This document shows, piece by piece, positions 41,199-51,018 of a stretch of 64,000 nucleotides of DNA; position 1 is the first letter of the stretch; each line of letters starts with the position of its first letter. The position numbers and the translations under genes are program-made. The stretch is from contig CAZGOI010000002.1 in assembly GCA_964527185.1 (NCBI GenBank), forward strand, positions 197,532-261,531, written 5' to 3'. The notes under the pieces are model-generated. The model did no database searches. It saw nothing but the letters and a program-made list of their open reading frames with translations, and was not told where the DNA came from. The DNA comes from an uncultured Candidatus Saccharibacteria bacterium. Its GTDB lineage: Bacteria; Patescibacteriota; Minisyncoccia; Phycocordibacterales; UBA9973.

Positions 41199-41650
41199 CA
41201 CCGAACAACGCAACAAACCAGCAACAAACACAGACACCTCAACCACTTCCTATAGAAAAAGGAAGCAAGGTGTTTATGTATGCATTTTTGGTAATTGCAA
41301 TTATCGCCACTGCTCTTCATATAAGAAGTAATATTCTTGAAAACAGAAATAAACTTCCTAAAAAGAAGAGTGGTGTGTCGACATCATATAACGGTTTTAT
41401 GCTACCCAAAGATTCCACCTACAAGTTGACCAGAGGTGACACCGTAACGGTAGAAATACCGAGTGGTGTAACTGTCTTATGTTCAAGTGGTGGGACCAGT
41501 GAACGCCCGCACAAATATTTTCACAGAAATCAAAATGATTCCTGGGAAGTATGGGGTGATGGTACGAAACACATGGGCGAGACCGGTGCTTACATTCAAA
41601 TGACGGCCTATGATACGACCATATATGTGAATTGCCAGTTTTCAAAGTAA
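41195..41650 (+). CDS. hypothetical membrane-anchored protein
   Basis: Gln/Thr-rich N-terminus, one TM 'VFMYAFLVIAIIATAL'; 4-nt overlap with the upstream gene. Confidence 0.35.
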   Translation: MTPNNATNQQQTQTPQPLPIEKGSKVFMYAFLVIAIIATALHIRSNILENRNKLPKKKSGVSTSYNGFMLPKDSTYKLTRGDTVTVEIPSGVTVLCSSGGTSERPHKYFHRNQNDSWEVWGDGTKHMGETGAYIQMTAYDTTIYVNCQFSK

Positions 41651-41674
41651 TTTGTACAAAACATTAAATTATAA

Positions 41675-41706
41675 ACACCCCCAGATTTATTCGGGGTGTT
41701 TTTTTA
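41675..41706. terminator. bidirectional rho-independent terminator between convergent genes
   Basis: ACACCCC-AGATTTATTC-GGGGTGT followed by TTTTTTT; A-rich on the other side. Confidence 0.6.
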
Positions 41707-43173
41707 TCTAGGCGATTGCACTGCTACCCAGTAGTCGTATTTATAGACTGGTTCGTCTGGGTAATACTTTTCAATATTAGTAACAGTAAAGACTCGGTCA
41801 TTCACATAATATTTTTCTTCAGGCATAACTTTGTGGACTATGTTGTTGATGCTATGAACACCCTTCATTTTGGCAATTAGAACTAGGGCATTGTTTATGG
41901 CGATACTTCTTGCGCCGATAAATGTACTATCAACTCCCGAGCCGACAGCTCGGTAAAATTGAGCGTCTGAAACATACGTACCCTGTAGTGGGTTTGCTCT
42001 TTGGCTTTCAGATGAGGTTGCGATATCGGGCAACAAGTTGCAATCTTCTGGCTTTCCCCCATTTATCTGCGCTCTAGCATCTTGCCAGACATAATACATC
42101 TTGCCCTTGCTATCGTAAGAGACTTGGCTGCCATAGACAGTCGGCAGATTGGGATCTGCGGTCGAGTCGTCTAAGCTGTTGTCGCTGATAAATTGCTGGC
42201 GAATTTTTTTCTTTATATCCTGGAGAGTTTTATACTCTGTAGTATCTTGGGCGAGTATATCTCTATGCCAGCAAATATTCGGCTGCTCGATATATACTTT
42301 TGTGAATGGATTCGTGGTAAACGATGTGACGGGTGTGTTCGGCGCATTCGTCAGACTGAAATCTGAAGGAACGCTTATTTCCTCTACTGGTTGGCCAGGC
42401 AATTCTTTGGCTGGTTGTAACTCTTGCAATTTACAATCGTGATCTACACCCGTGCCGATCGGGGCCCGAGCGTCTATCCAGGCATAGTATTGGCCAGGCG
42501 GATTAAGAGGTGTGTCTGGGTTCGGGTTCTTGTATTTTTGATATAAGACTTCGGTTGAATATATGGTCGGGTATTTTTGTTTTGATTGGTCTTTTTCAGA
42601 TATCCCGTTAGTAGATAGGTACTTTGATCTAGCAGCCAGTTTTATTGTATTTATCGCATCAAATTCTGTCGAAGCAGTTTTGTAATCTACATAGCGCCAA
42701 CAAAGAGAGTTGTTGGCTTTGTATTGCGGAAATGGATCCGTGGTAAAAGTTTCGATTGGCCAATTTTCTGTATTTTGGGAACTTATATCAAGAAGATTCC
42801 CAAAAATATCTTTGTTGTTGTTTGGGTTGTCGGCAACATTTTTACCTACAAGATTATCGCCGTTAACAGCAAAATTTCCATTGTCGTTTATTTTTATTTT
42901 ATTCTCTCCAAAACTACTCAATATGATTTGCATTAAACCAAAAACAGCAACCATTATAAAAAGGCCGAGCACGCCCCATAGCATCTGCGACTTGGCCTTT
43001 TTTCTAACTTCTTCGTTTTGAGGAGAGAGTAAATATTGCGCCAGCCCATATATGAAATATGCGAGGGCAACTGCAAAAAGAAATATGATGATAGGATTGA
43101 TTAGAACCTTATCAATACTTTTGACTAACGTCAAAACACTAGCTTCTGCAACTGGCACAATATAAAAATGCAT
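41704..43173 (-). CDS. VirB2/TrbC-like two-helix pilin-fold protein with a large (about 400 aa) C-terminal ectodomain
   Basis: N-terminal 'INPIIIFLFAVALAYFIYGLAQYLLSPQNEEVRKKAKSQMLWGVLGLFIMVAVFGL' (helix, charged EE-KKAK loop, helix); the C-terminal region holds two internally repeated Cys-containing modules. Confidence 0.5.
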   Translation of the reverse strand: MHFYIVPVAEASVLTLVKSIDKVLINPIIIFLFAVALAYFIYGLAQYLLSPQNEEVRKKAKSQMLWGVLGLFIMVAVFGLMQIILSSFGENKIKINDNGNFAVNGDNLVGKNVADNPNNNKDIFGNLLDISSQNTENWPIETFTTDPFPQYKANNSLCWRYVDYKTASTEFDAINTIKLAARSKYLSTNGISEKDQSKQKYPTIYSTEVLYQKYKNPNPDTPLNPPGQYYAWIDARAPIGTGVDHDCKLQELQPAKELPGQPVEEISVPSDFSLTNAPNTPVTSFTTNPFTKVYIEQPNICWHRDILAQDTTEYKTLQDIKKKIRQQFISDNSLDDSTADPNLPTVYGSQVSYDSKGKMYYVWQDARAQINGGKPEDCNLLPDIATSSESQRANPLQGTYVSDAQFYRAVGSGVDSTFIGARSIAINNALVLIAKMKGVHSINNIVHKVMPEEKYYVNDRVFTVTNIEKYYPDEPVYKYDYWVAVQSPR

Positions 43174-43181
43174 TTAGTTTA

Positions 43182-43538
43182 TTAGCAAACTACACCTGGG
43201 CCTGGAATGCAAGGAATGTTGCTACCGCCCAACTGTTCAGGGCCGACACCAAAGGTGTTGGTTATGATACGGATAATTCCCCAGAAAGCAATGATGACGA
43301 ATAGCCCGATTAGACCCATGATGATCTTGTGGCGAGCCTTTTTCTTGGCCTCTTCATCGGTCGAGAGAGTGTATTGGATGACCCCCCAGATAAAGTAAAC
43401 GACTGCCAAGGTTATGAGGATTGGAATAACTGTGGCTAGGATTTTGTTGACGACCGTTAGAATACTGAAGGCATCTGCCGCAAACACCACGAATGGGGCA
43501 ACCGAGAGCGCGATACCAAAAGAAATTATTTTCTTCAT
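43182..43538 (-). CDS. VirB2/TrbC-like pilin-fold protein
   Basis: Signal peptide, then 'VIPILITLAVVYFIWGVIQYTLSTDEEAKKKARHKIIMGLIGLFVIIAFWGII'. Confidence 0.6.
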   Translation of the reverse strand: MKKIISFGIALSVAPFVVFAADAFSILTVVNKILATVIPILITLAVVYFIWGVIQYTLSTDEEAKKKARHKIIMGLIGLFVIIAFWGIIRIITNTFGVGPEQLGGSNIPCIPGPGVVC

Positions 43539-43644
43539 ATTTGTTCGCCTTTTGGGCGAAGATTAATGATAAATTAATAAACGACTTTTTCGAACCTATT
43601 TATGGGTTTATTATACCATAACATAAGACTATTTTAGCAAGGAT

Positions 43645-44028
43645 CTATTGGGAGAGCTGTGGAATCAATGTTTTAAAGCCAAAAGTGTTCGTTAGGACAT
43701 TGACCAACCCCCAGAGGCTGATCATGACAAAAAGCGCAATTAGGCCCCATATCATGAAAGTCTTGCCATTTTTTCTTTTCTCTTCATTTTCGGCATTGAT
43801 GACATATTGGATAACTCCCCAGATAAAAGCGGCGGTCGCCAAAGTGAAAAAGAAGGGTATTACTGTTTTGATAATGGTACAACTAGCCCAGTTGAAAATC
43901 TGGCCGATGCTTTTAAACGGGGCACCGATGTCTTTACAATAATCTTTCGTATCTGTTATCGTAGGAGCAGCATAGACCAAAACAGGAAGCAGGGATAAAC
44001 TTATAAGAAATATTTTTATTTTTTTCAT
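43645..44028 (-). CDS. VirB2/TrbC-like pilin-fold protein
   Basis: Signal peptide, then 'IPFFFTLATAAFIWGVIQYVINAENEEKRKNGKTFMIWGLIALFVMISLWGLV'. Confidence 0.6.
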   Translation of the reverse strand: MKKIKIFLISLSLLPVLVYAAPTITDTKDYCKDIGAPFKSIGQIFNWASCTIIKTVIPFFFTLATAAFIWGVIQYVINAENEEKRKNGKTFMIWGLIALFVMISLWGLVNVLTNTFGFKTLIPQLSQ

Positions 44029-44037
44029 AATATTTTT

Positions 44038-44595
44038 TTATTGACTTTGGCTTGTAATTTGGTCGACTGTTCCCTGTATAGCCCCAGCTATAACATAGCA
44101 GCCAAGCAACAGGGCAGCACCTATTAAAGTAGCTATTATAGTTTTTTTAGCTTTTTTGAGTTTCTCTGAATTACCTTGGGCTGTCACAAAAAGAAAGCCA
44201 GAGTATATGATGGCGAGTGTGACGATCGGCACGCCTATCAAAACTACAAAGTTTAGTATGGCTTTTATAAACGATGGTATATCTGTCGTCGAACCCCCGA
44301 GCGGATTGTTGATATGGGTGTTTATTTGATTAGTCGTACTACCGTCTGGAGTATTTTTAGTACTACCATTAGGAGTATTTGTTGTACTACCATCTGGTTT
44401 ACATTCAGATAGATTTTCTTTACCAGTAAAATCACATCCCTCAGGCATCGCAATCCCTTGTTTACTATCCCAACAAGTGCAAGGCCCTTGAGCAAAAACA
44501 GGGTGAGAATGGGAAGTAAAATTTAATATAAAAGCAAAAACAAAAATTGTGCTTAAAACTTTGGGGAGAATATTAGATTTACTTTTTTCTATCAT
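44038..44595 (-). CDS. VirB2/TrbC-like pilin-fold protein with a Cys-rich, Thr/Asn-repeat N-terminal region
   Basis: Signal peptide; 'CTCWDSK...CDF...C'; imperfect repeats 'GSTTNTPNGSTKNTPDGSTTN'; C-terminal 'VLIGVPIVTLAIIYSGFLFVTAQGNSEKLKKAKKTIIATLIGAALLLG'. Confidence 0.55.
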   Translation of the reverse strand: MIEKSKSNILPKVLSTIFVFAFILNFTSHSHPVFAQGPCTCWDSKQGIAMPEGCDFTGKENLSECKPDGSTTNTPNGSTKNTPDGSTTNQINTHINNPLGGSTTDIPSFIKAILNFVVLIGVPIVTLAIIYSGFLFVTAQGNSEKLKKAKKTIIATLIGAALLLGCYVIAGAIQGTVDQITSQSQ

Positions 44596-44610
44596 ATTAA
44601 TATTATAACA

Positions 44611-45084
44611 TTATTTGCCATTACTTTGTTGGGGCACCAAGTAATCTGGTCCTTTAAAATTAAGTGTCGTATATATAGTATGAACAATAATCCAAGCCGC
44701 CAGAGCTATAACATAACCTATGACCAAGTTTTTCAATATCTTTTTTGCCTTGTTAATATTCTCTGAACTGCCACCAGCGGTAATCAGTAGGAACCCTGCC
44801 CAGCATATAATAAGCGCAGCCAGCGGGGTGGCAACATCAATCAATAAAAAATGAATTATGTTGTTGATTAAATTAATCCCCCATGTAAAATCGCAAGGGT
44901 CACTGTATTCTGCAACGTCAATGCTATGTGTTGGGTTATTAGGATTTTGAACCGTCTTGTGAATAATTTTTGTATTACAAGTAGGAACCAATCCACCGTC
45001 GGCCTGAGCTATGCCAAAGCCAGAGAATTGTAATACTAGCGCAAGAGATAGAAAGATTATTGAATTTTTAGTTGCTTTATTCAT
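44611..45084 (-). CDS. VirB2/TrbC-like pilin-fold protein
   Basis: Signal peptide; 'LLIDVATPLAALIICWAGFLLITAGGSSENINKAKKILKNLVIGYVIALAAWII'. Confidence 0.55.
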   Translation of the reverse strand: MNKATKNSIIFLSLALVLQFSGFGIAQADGGLVPTCNTKIIHKTVQNPNNPTHSIDVAEYSDPCDFTWGINLINNIIHFLLIDVATPLAALIICWAGFLLITAGGSSENINKAKKILKNLVIGYVIALAAWIIVHTIYTTLNFKGPDYLVPQQSNGK

Positions 45085-45086
45085 GT

Positions 45087-46397
45087 TTATTTTATTATAG
45101 ATTGCATCTCGCCTTGGGCTTTGGTTATGGCATCCTCGACCGAGAGTTTATTAGATATGATGTTTTGAATTAGTTCCGAAAATATAGTATCGCTTGCATT
45201 TGGGTCTGGGTCGGCAAAGCTTCGCGAGACTATTGCTGATTTGAAAAAAGTGAAGAGATATGGGTCTGTTGGGTTTGTCGCAAGTATTTGCCGAGAAGCC
45301 GGTGGTAATGAAAGAGCGGTGCTTAGATTTTTAATATTATCCCCTCCAGCAAGCAAACCTGCCACACTAAAAGCGGCAGAAATATTTGCTGATTTTTTAT
45401 TAACAGCGATAGCGTAAATATCGGCGTCGGTACGTTTTAGGTTTGTGCCTTTTGTCTGCATAATCTGCGCAACATCAAAACTTAAATTTGGATTTATAGA
45501 TTCAATTTTAAAAAGTTCGCTGGCTCGGCCGATATAGAAAACGAGCTTGCCACCGGTAAACATATCGAGAGAATTTGGCAGAGATCTGTTCCACGAATAA
45601 GCATTGTCGGCCGGGTTTGAAAATTCTGTAAAGAAGTTTAGTATCTGGACAAATGGGGACGTCGGTGAGCTGGTTTGGTTGTTATTTAGCACAGAAACGT
45701 ATTTGCCGCCAGTGTAATCTACTATAGGATTGTTGCTCTGCAGAAGGAGCGTGGCCAAGATATCTTTTGCATGGTTTACATTGTCATAGCGACCGAGGGC
45801 GATCATGCTTTGTGAGATACTGCCGTCTGAATTCCTTTTTGTTAATTGATTGTTTAGAGAAAACAGATCGCTCCAGTATTGTGGCGGCTGCGATATGCCT
45901 TCGTTTGAAAGAAGATCTTTGTTGTAATAAAGAACAATCGGGTCAACGACGAGCGGAAAGCCGATCGCCCCATCGTCGTTTAGGTAGACACTGGCCCCAT
46001 CGATAAAAGCGTCTTGAAATGTTTTTTGCGGGTAGCTAGCATAAGGAATCTTGTAAACAAAATCTTTAAAGTGATCGATCATATCGGGGGTGACGATAAA
46101 AAGATCTGGGCCATTGCCTGCAGCAAAAGATTCTACTAGGTCTTGTGCGTATGTCAATTTATTTTTCTTTGTGTAACTTACTACCAAATCTTTGTTTGCA
46201 CTATTCATGTCTTCAAAAACTTTTTCAAATTCTGGAGTGCTATCGAAAGTTCCCCAGATTACTATTTTTCCAGTCGGAGTTGAACTACTGCTCGATGAAC
46301 CGCCGATTTTGAGCAGGCCAGAGAATATCAAAACTGCAAAGACAAAGAAGGCGATAAATATTGCAACTAAAATTGTCTGGAAATTATTCATGTACAA
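45087..46397 (-). CDS. extracellular solute-binding protein (ABC transporter SBP, family 1-like)
   Basis: N-terminal TM/lipobox-like anchor, Ser-rich linker, 'KIVIWGTFDSTPEF' start typical of sugar SBPs. Confidence 0.65.
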   Translation of the reverse strand: MYMNNFQTILVAIFIAFFVFAVLIFSGLLKIGGSSSSSSTPTGKIVIWGTFDSTPEFEKVFEDMNSANKDLVVSYTKKNKLTYAQDLVESFAAGNGPDLFIVTPDMIDHFKDFVYKIPYASYPQKTFQDAFIDGASVYLNDDGAIGFPLVVDPIVLYYNKDLLSNEGISQPPQYWSDLFSLNNQLTKRNSDGSISQSMIALGRYDNVNHAKDILATLLLQSNNPIVDYTGGKYVSVLNNNQTSSPTSPFVQILNFFTEFSNPADNAYSWNRSLPNSLDMFTGGKLVFYIGRASELFKIESINPNLSFDVAQIMQTKGTNLKRTDADIYAIAVNKKSANISAAFSVAGLLAGGDNIKNLSTALSLPPASRQILATNPTDPYLFTFFKSAIVSRSFADPDPNASDTIFSELIQNIISNKLSVEDAITKAQGEMQSIIK

Positions 46398-46911
46398 AAA
46401 TTATACCATATTGGTGCGCCGAGACATTCACATCTTCGACTTTTTTAAATCCCCTCTTTGTAAAAAGTTCTTCAGTGGTTTCATATTTGACTAGGTGCTG
46501 ATGCGATGGGCCGATGCCACCATACTTGTCGCGCCAATCGATAACCAAGACTTTACCACCCTTTTTTAAAATTCTTTTTGCTTCATCGACGAGACCGAGC
46601 TTGTCGCCCACTTGGAATAATATGTTTGTCATTATCAACCGGTCGATACTTTGATCGGCGAGTTTTGAACCATGTAGTGTCTCGACATCGCCCCAAATGC
46701 ATTCGACATTTTTAATACTTTTGTCTTTTAGTTCGGCTTCCAGGTGCTTTACCAATTCTTTTTGCACTTCTATTGCATAGACTTTACCAAAGTTGCCGAC
46801 TAATTCACTTGCGGCCATGGCATAGTATCCTCGGCCTGCGCCAAAATCGGCAACGCGCATACCCTCTCTGATTTCGAGAGGGCCGAGGTTTAATTTAGTA
46901 TGTGAAAACAT
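46384..46911 (-). CDS. class I SAM-dependent methyltransferase
   Basis: Motif I 'VADFGAGRGYYAMAASELVG'; 175 aa. Confidence 0.7.
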   Translation of the reverse strand: MFSHTKLNLGPLEIREGMRVADFGAGRGYYAMAASELVGNFGKVYAIEVQKELVKHLEAELKDKSIKNVECIWGDVETLHGSKLADQSIDRLIMTNILFQVGDKLGLVDEAKRILKKGGKVLVIDWRDKYGGIGPSHQHLVKYETTEELFTKRGFKKVEDVNVSAHQYGIIFVHE

Positions 46912-46935
46912 AGTAAAATTATATCACAATTTAAC

Positions 46936-49380
46936 CTAGAGACAGGTGATCGAGGCAATCGAATCGCCAGGACGGAGCTTCATGATGGTCACACCTTGGG
47001 TTTGGCGGCCAGAAGTTGGGATCGATGAGAGCGGCACGCGGATGACTTGACCTTTTTGCGAAACAGCGATGATTTCATTTTCTTCGCCGACAATTTTAGC
47101 AACGATCAGTTTGCCAGTTTTCGAAGTTACTTTGGCAGTTTTGATGCCCGAGCCGCCACGTTTTTGGGTTTTGTATTCTTTGATGTTGGTTTTTTTACCG
47201 AGACCGTTTGAGCCCATAGTCAATATTGAAGGGCTGGCTTCACTTTTTCGAACTCGATCAAAACCGATGACTGAATCACCTTTTGAAAGTTTGATGGCTC
47301 GCACCCCACCAGCGGCCCGGCCCATTTCACGCACATCAGATTCCTTGAAGCGAATAGACTGACCCAAAGACGTTGCCAGCATGACATCGTCGCCTTTTGA
47401 AACTGTAATGACAGATTGTAATTCATCGCCTTTATCAAGCGAGATGGCGATCAGACCACTGCGACGGACGTCTTTAAAATTCTCAGCTTTAACTTTTTTA
47501 GCAACGCCACCCGAAGTCACCATCATTAATTGTTCGACACTTTGTTTTGTCTCTTTGTCTATCGATAAGATCGAGGTGACCTTCTCGTCGGTATCAAGCG
47601 AGATGAAATTCATGATCGATTTGCCTTTTGTCGCCCGCTTACCTTCGGGAATATCATACATTTTTATTTGGTAGGCCTTACCACGATTGGTAAAAAACAG
47701 TAGGTCGCTATGGGTATTGGCAGAGATGAGCATCGTAACAAAATCTTCCTCTTTAGTTTCTATGTCGATGACGCCGACGCCGCCACGCTTCTGGGTGCGG
47801 TATTCGCTCGGGTCTGTGCGCTTAACGTAGCCGCCCTTGGTAAAAACGAGGACTGATTCTTTCTCGGGAATCAGGTCTTCTTCGTTGATCGCTTTGACTC
47901 CGCCTTTGACGATTTTGGTTCGACGTTCGTCGCCGTATTTACTGCGGATATCTTTGAGTTCATCTGAAATAACTTTGAGCATCTTTTTTGGCGAAGCTAG
48001 AAGCTCTTCTAGTGCTTTAATCAATTCCTGTTTTTCTTTTAGTTCGAGTTCGATATTTTTTCGCTCAAGGCCAGCCAACTTTTGGAGCTTCATATCTAAA
48101 ATGGCGATGGTTTGAAGTTCTGAGAATTTAAATTCTTTCATCAAATTTGTTTTGGCGACCGTAGTGTCTTTTGAAGCGCGGATGACCGAAATGACTTTAT
48201 CGATGTGGTCGAGTGCTTTTTTTAAACCAAGTAGTATGTGTTCGCGTTCTTTTGCGCCCTTTAAGTCAAACTCTGTGCGACGACGAACAACGGTCGTACG
48301 GTGCTCGACAAAAAGACCGAGCAAGCTTTTTAGCGAGAGCGTCTGTGGCACACCGTCAACGAGTGCAACGATATTGAAATTGAAAGATTGTTCGAGTTGG
48401 GTATGTTTGTATAAATAATTTAAAATTTTCTGCGGGAAAACACCGGACTTCAAATCAATGACAATACGGATGTCTTTGGTCGATTCATCGCGCAGGCCTT
48501 TGACGCCTTCTAATTTTTTTTCTTGGACGAGCAGTGCGATCGATTCGATGAGCGCAGATTTATTTACCCGATACGGGATTGAAGTGATGATGATTTGGAA
48601 TGTTCCACTTTTTTGTTCGACGACCTCGGCTTCGCCACGTGTCACAACCCCACCACGGCCAGTCGAATAGGCGTGGAGCATATCTTGGGCGCCATAGACT
48701 ATACCACCGGTCGGAAAATCTGGGCCCTTGATGAACTCCATTAGATCTTCGGTAGTGGCATCTTTGTTGTCTATAAGATGGATAGCGGCATCGATGGTTT
48801 CAGAAAGATTGTGCGGCGGAATGTTTGTGGCCATTCCAACAGCAATGCCGAGCGTGCCATTTAACAATAAATTTGGTACAGCCGTCGGTAGGACGTTTGG
48901 CTCTTTACGTGTTTGGTCATAGTTGGGACGAAAATCTACTGTATTCTTTTCAAGATTAAGTAAAAGGAGCGATGAGAGTCTAGACATTTTTGCTTCGGTA
49001 TAACGCATAGCCGCTGGACCATCACCATCGATCGAGCCGAAATTCCCCTGCCCAGTGATGAGTGGGTAGCGATATGAAAAATCTTGAGCCATGCCGACCA
49101 TCGAATCATAGACGGCTACATCTCCATGCGGGTGATATTTACCGAGTACGTCACCGACGACGAGGGCTGACTTGCGGAATTTTGCGCTCGAACCGAGGCC
49201 TAGCTCGTTCATCGAATATAGAATGCGACGGTGGACGGGTTTCAATCCGTCACGGACGTCAGGCAAGGCGCGATCGGTAATGACCGACATAGCGTAATCG
49301 ATGAAAGATTCTTTCATCTCACTTGCAATGTTGACATCGACGATATTTACCCGTTCTTGTTTTGGTTCTTCTTTGGCCAT
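46936..49380 (-). CDS. gyrA: DNA gyrase subunit A
   Basis: '[21 protein letters not shown]', active-site Tyr region 'RYTEAKM', C-terminal beta-pinwheel repeats. Confidence 0.95.
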   Translation of the reverse strand: MAKEEPKQERVNIVDVNIASEMKESFIDYAMSVITDRALPDVRDGLKPVHRRILYSMNELGLGSSAKFRKSALVVGDVLGKYHPHGDVAVYDSMVGMAQDFSYRYPLITGQGNFGSIDGDGPAAMRYTEAKMSRLSSLLLLNLEKNTVDFRPNYDQTRKEPNVLPTAVPNLLLNGTLGIAVGMATNIPPHNLSETIDAAIHLIDNKDATTEDLMEFIKGPDFPTGGIVYGAQDMLHAYSTGRGGVVTRGEAEVVEQKSGTFQIIITSIPYRVNKSALIESIALLVQEKKLEGVKGLRDESTKDIRIVIDLKSGVFPQKILNYLYKHTQLEQSFNFNIVALVDGVPQTLSLKSLLGLFVEHRTTVVRRRTEFDLKGAKEREHILLGLKKALDHIDKVISVIRASKDTTVAKTNLMKEFKFSELQTIAILDMKLQKLAGLERKNIELELKEKQELIKALEELLASPKKMLKVISDELKDIRSKYGDERRTKIVKGGVKAINEEDLIPEKESVLVFTKGGYVKRTDPSEYRTQKRGGVGVIDIETKEEDFVTMLISANTHSDLLFFTNRGKAYQIKMYDIPEGKRATKGKSIMNFISLDTDEKVTSILSIDKETKQSVEQLMMVTSGGVAKKVKAENFKDVRRSGLIAISLDKGDELQSVITVSKGDDVMLATSLGQSIRFKESDVREMGRAAGGVRAIKLSKGDSVIGFDRVRKSEASPSILTMGSNGLGKKTNIKEYKTQKRGGSGIKTAKVTSKTGKLIVAKIVGEENEIIAVSQKGQVIRVPLSSIPTSGRQTQGVTIMKLRPGDSIASITCL

Positions 49381-49382
49381 GC

Positions 49383-49691
49383 TTATTGATTTTGAGGTTC
49401 AACTGGGACTAGGTTTATTTGCTTTTGGGTGTTGGTCGTGCCTGAATTTAGATTGGCATTTCCAGCTGAAGCATCTTGATTGTAGAGGTTGCTAAGCGAG
49501 TTGAAAAAAAGTGTGAATGGTTTTGCATCGCTTGAAGCTTGTTCTGAAATCGAGCCGCTCGACAATCTGCCGGTCATATCATAGACCCAAACCATGACGA
49601 CAACCGTCATGACGAGCAACATCGAAACAACTAAAATTCTTTGTCGAACTTCTTCTGGTTTTGATTGTAATTTTTTTATATATGATTGCAT
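49383..49691 (-). CDS. hypothetical small membrane protein
   Basis: One TM '[19 protein letters not shown]'; 2 nt from gyrA. Confidence 0.35.
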   Translation of the reverse strand: MQSYIKKLQSKPEEVRQRILVVSMLLVMTVVVMVWVYDMTGRLSSGSISEQASSDAKPFTLFFNSLSNLYNQDASAGNANLNSGTTNTQKQINLVPVEPQNQ

Positions 49692-49700
49692 ATAAAAATT

Positions 49701-50327
49701 TTATGCTTGTAAGACTACGATCTCGCCTTCTTTGCCGACTAGCTCTTTGGCTTTGATCGTCAGTTTCTCGATCGCTTGGACTTTTTCTTGGCTACCTTCT
49801 TTTAGAAATACTTTCAGGGTTTTATCGTCGTATTCCATCGGGATTATGATTTTAGGTTCGAGCGAAACCGCCAACTTGTAGGCTTCAGCTGGCGACAGCA
49901 GATCACCATTGCCAACTGGAACAAATAAAATGTCTGGTGATTCGATTTGACCGATGACATCGGTGTCGAGCTTGCTTTGCGACAGCGCGCCGAGGAAACA
50001 AAGCGAGATATTTTCGACAGACATCGAATAGATAGTGTTGATATACTTCTTGCCGGCAATTTCAGTCTCGGTTAGCAAGCCTTTGATAAAAATATCTTTG
50101 ATCTCATAATCCCCTGGGCCATTGATAGCAAATGGAACCGTGTCACCATGCGAAACCATTTCGAAACCATTGTAATCTTCTTGGTTGACACTCGATAGCG
50201 CGATGGTGGCGCCGAAACGCGACGGTGAAACGCCAGATTTTGAATCTTTACTGATCGGATTGTAGGCGATTACCAACTCCCCCTGCTGAATTTTGAAGAA
50301 CTGCTTACCTAAATACGTGATAATCAT
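49701..50327 (-). CDS. MBL-fold-like metal-dependent hydrolase homologue
   Basis: 'MIITYLGKQFFKIQ' start typical of the UlaG/YtkL-like MBL fold; the HxHxDH motif is not obvious. Confidence 0.4.
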   Translation of the reverse strand: MIITYLGKQFFKIQQGELVIAYNPISKDSKSGVSPSRFGATIALSSVNQEDYNGFEMVSHGDTVPFAINGPGDYEIKDIFIKGLLTETEIAGKKYINTIYSMSVENISLCFLGALSQSKLDTDVIGQIESPDILFVPVGNGDLLSPAEAYKLAVSLEPKIIIPMEYDDKTLKVFLKEGSQEKVQAIEKLTIKAKELVGKEGEIVVLQA

Positions 50328-50445
50328 ATGGGTATTATAGCAAATTTTGAGCTAAAATGAAAGTCTATTTTTTATTGTTTTTCTTAAAATGGAGCTCGGT
50401 AAAACATAGGTAAAGGCCCGCTTAGTTAAAAGCAGGCCTGATAAA

Positions 50446-50796
50446 TTAGTTGAATCTTGCTCCGAGTTTAAGATCGTTAACCATTGCCATGATTTCATTG
50501 GCTTTGGGCATCTTGAATTTAGGACATGGATTATTAAAATATCTGCGGAATTCATTAAAAAGATGGATGATCCATTCGAACAGTTGGTGTAACCTTTTAT
50601 ACGTCCATAATTTTATAGATTGAATTTGCGATAGATCAAGACAGCCGGCAGCCATGTCGATTGCATCCTGTTTGATTACAGTAATGTTGTAAATCAGGTC
50701 TTGTCTGACTTCACAAACTTTTGCCTCGAACCCTTGTTGAGCAAGCGAAGACTCAAAGCTATAGGCAACCATAGTTACCATTTTGGTTTTTTTCAT
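50446..50796 (-). CDS. hypothetical protein (116 aa)
   Basis: ORF only; no motif. Confidence 0.3.
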   Translation of the reverse strand: MKKTKMVTMVAYSFESSLAQQGFEAKVCEVRQDLIYNITVIKQDAIDMAAGCLDLSQIQSIKLWTYKRLHQLFEWIIHLFNEFRRYFNNPCPKFKMPKANEIMAMVNDLKLGARFN

Positions 50797-50988
50797 AAAA
50801 AACAGTTTTAATTTAAAAATTGGTTTACTTTTTAAATACTTTAATTTTATTTTTATCTAAAGTCAATATATCTATAGCACTTGTATTTTCTAAACACTTG
50901 TGATATAGTCATGCTGTTACAAGCCCAGGTTGAGATTAACCCTTTGCGAGCCGATTGAAAAATCAGTTCGTGAAAACCTCAAACTGCG

Positions 50989-51009
50989 CCGCAATCGTGC
51001 GGTTTTTTT
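50989..51009 (+). terminator. hairpin plus T-run 10 nt upstream of the rpsA start (terminator or attenuator-like)
   Basis: CCGCA-ATCG-TGCGG followed by TTTTTTT, ending 10 nt before the ATG at 51019. Confidence 0.45.
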
Positions 51010-51018
51010 AATGCAAAT

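Noticed and set aside
50352-50555. 67-aa ORF overlapping the 3' part of ORF 50446-50796
   Set aside because: It is in a different frame over the same DNA as a longer ORF and nothing supports it as a separate gene.
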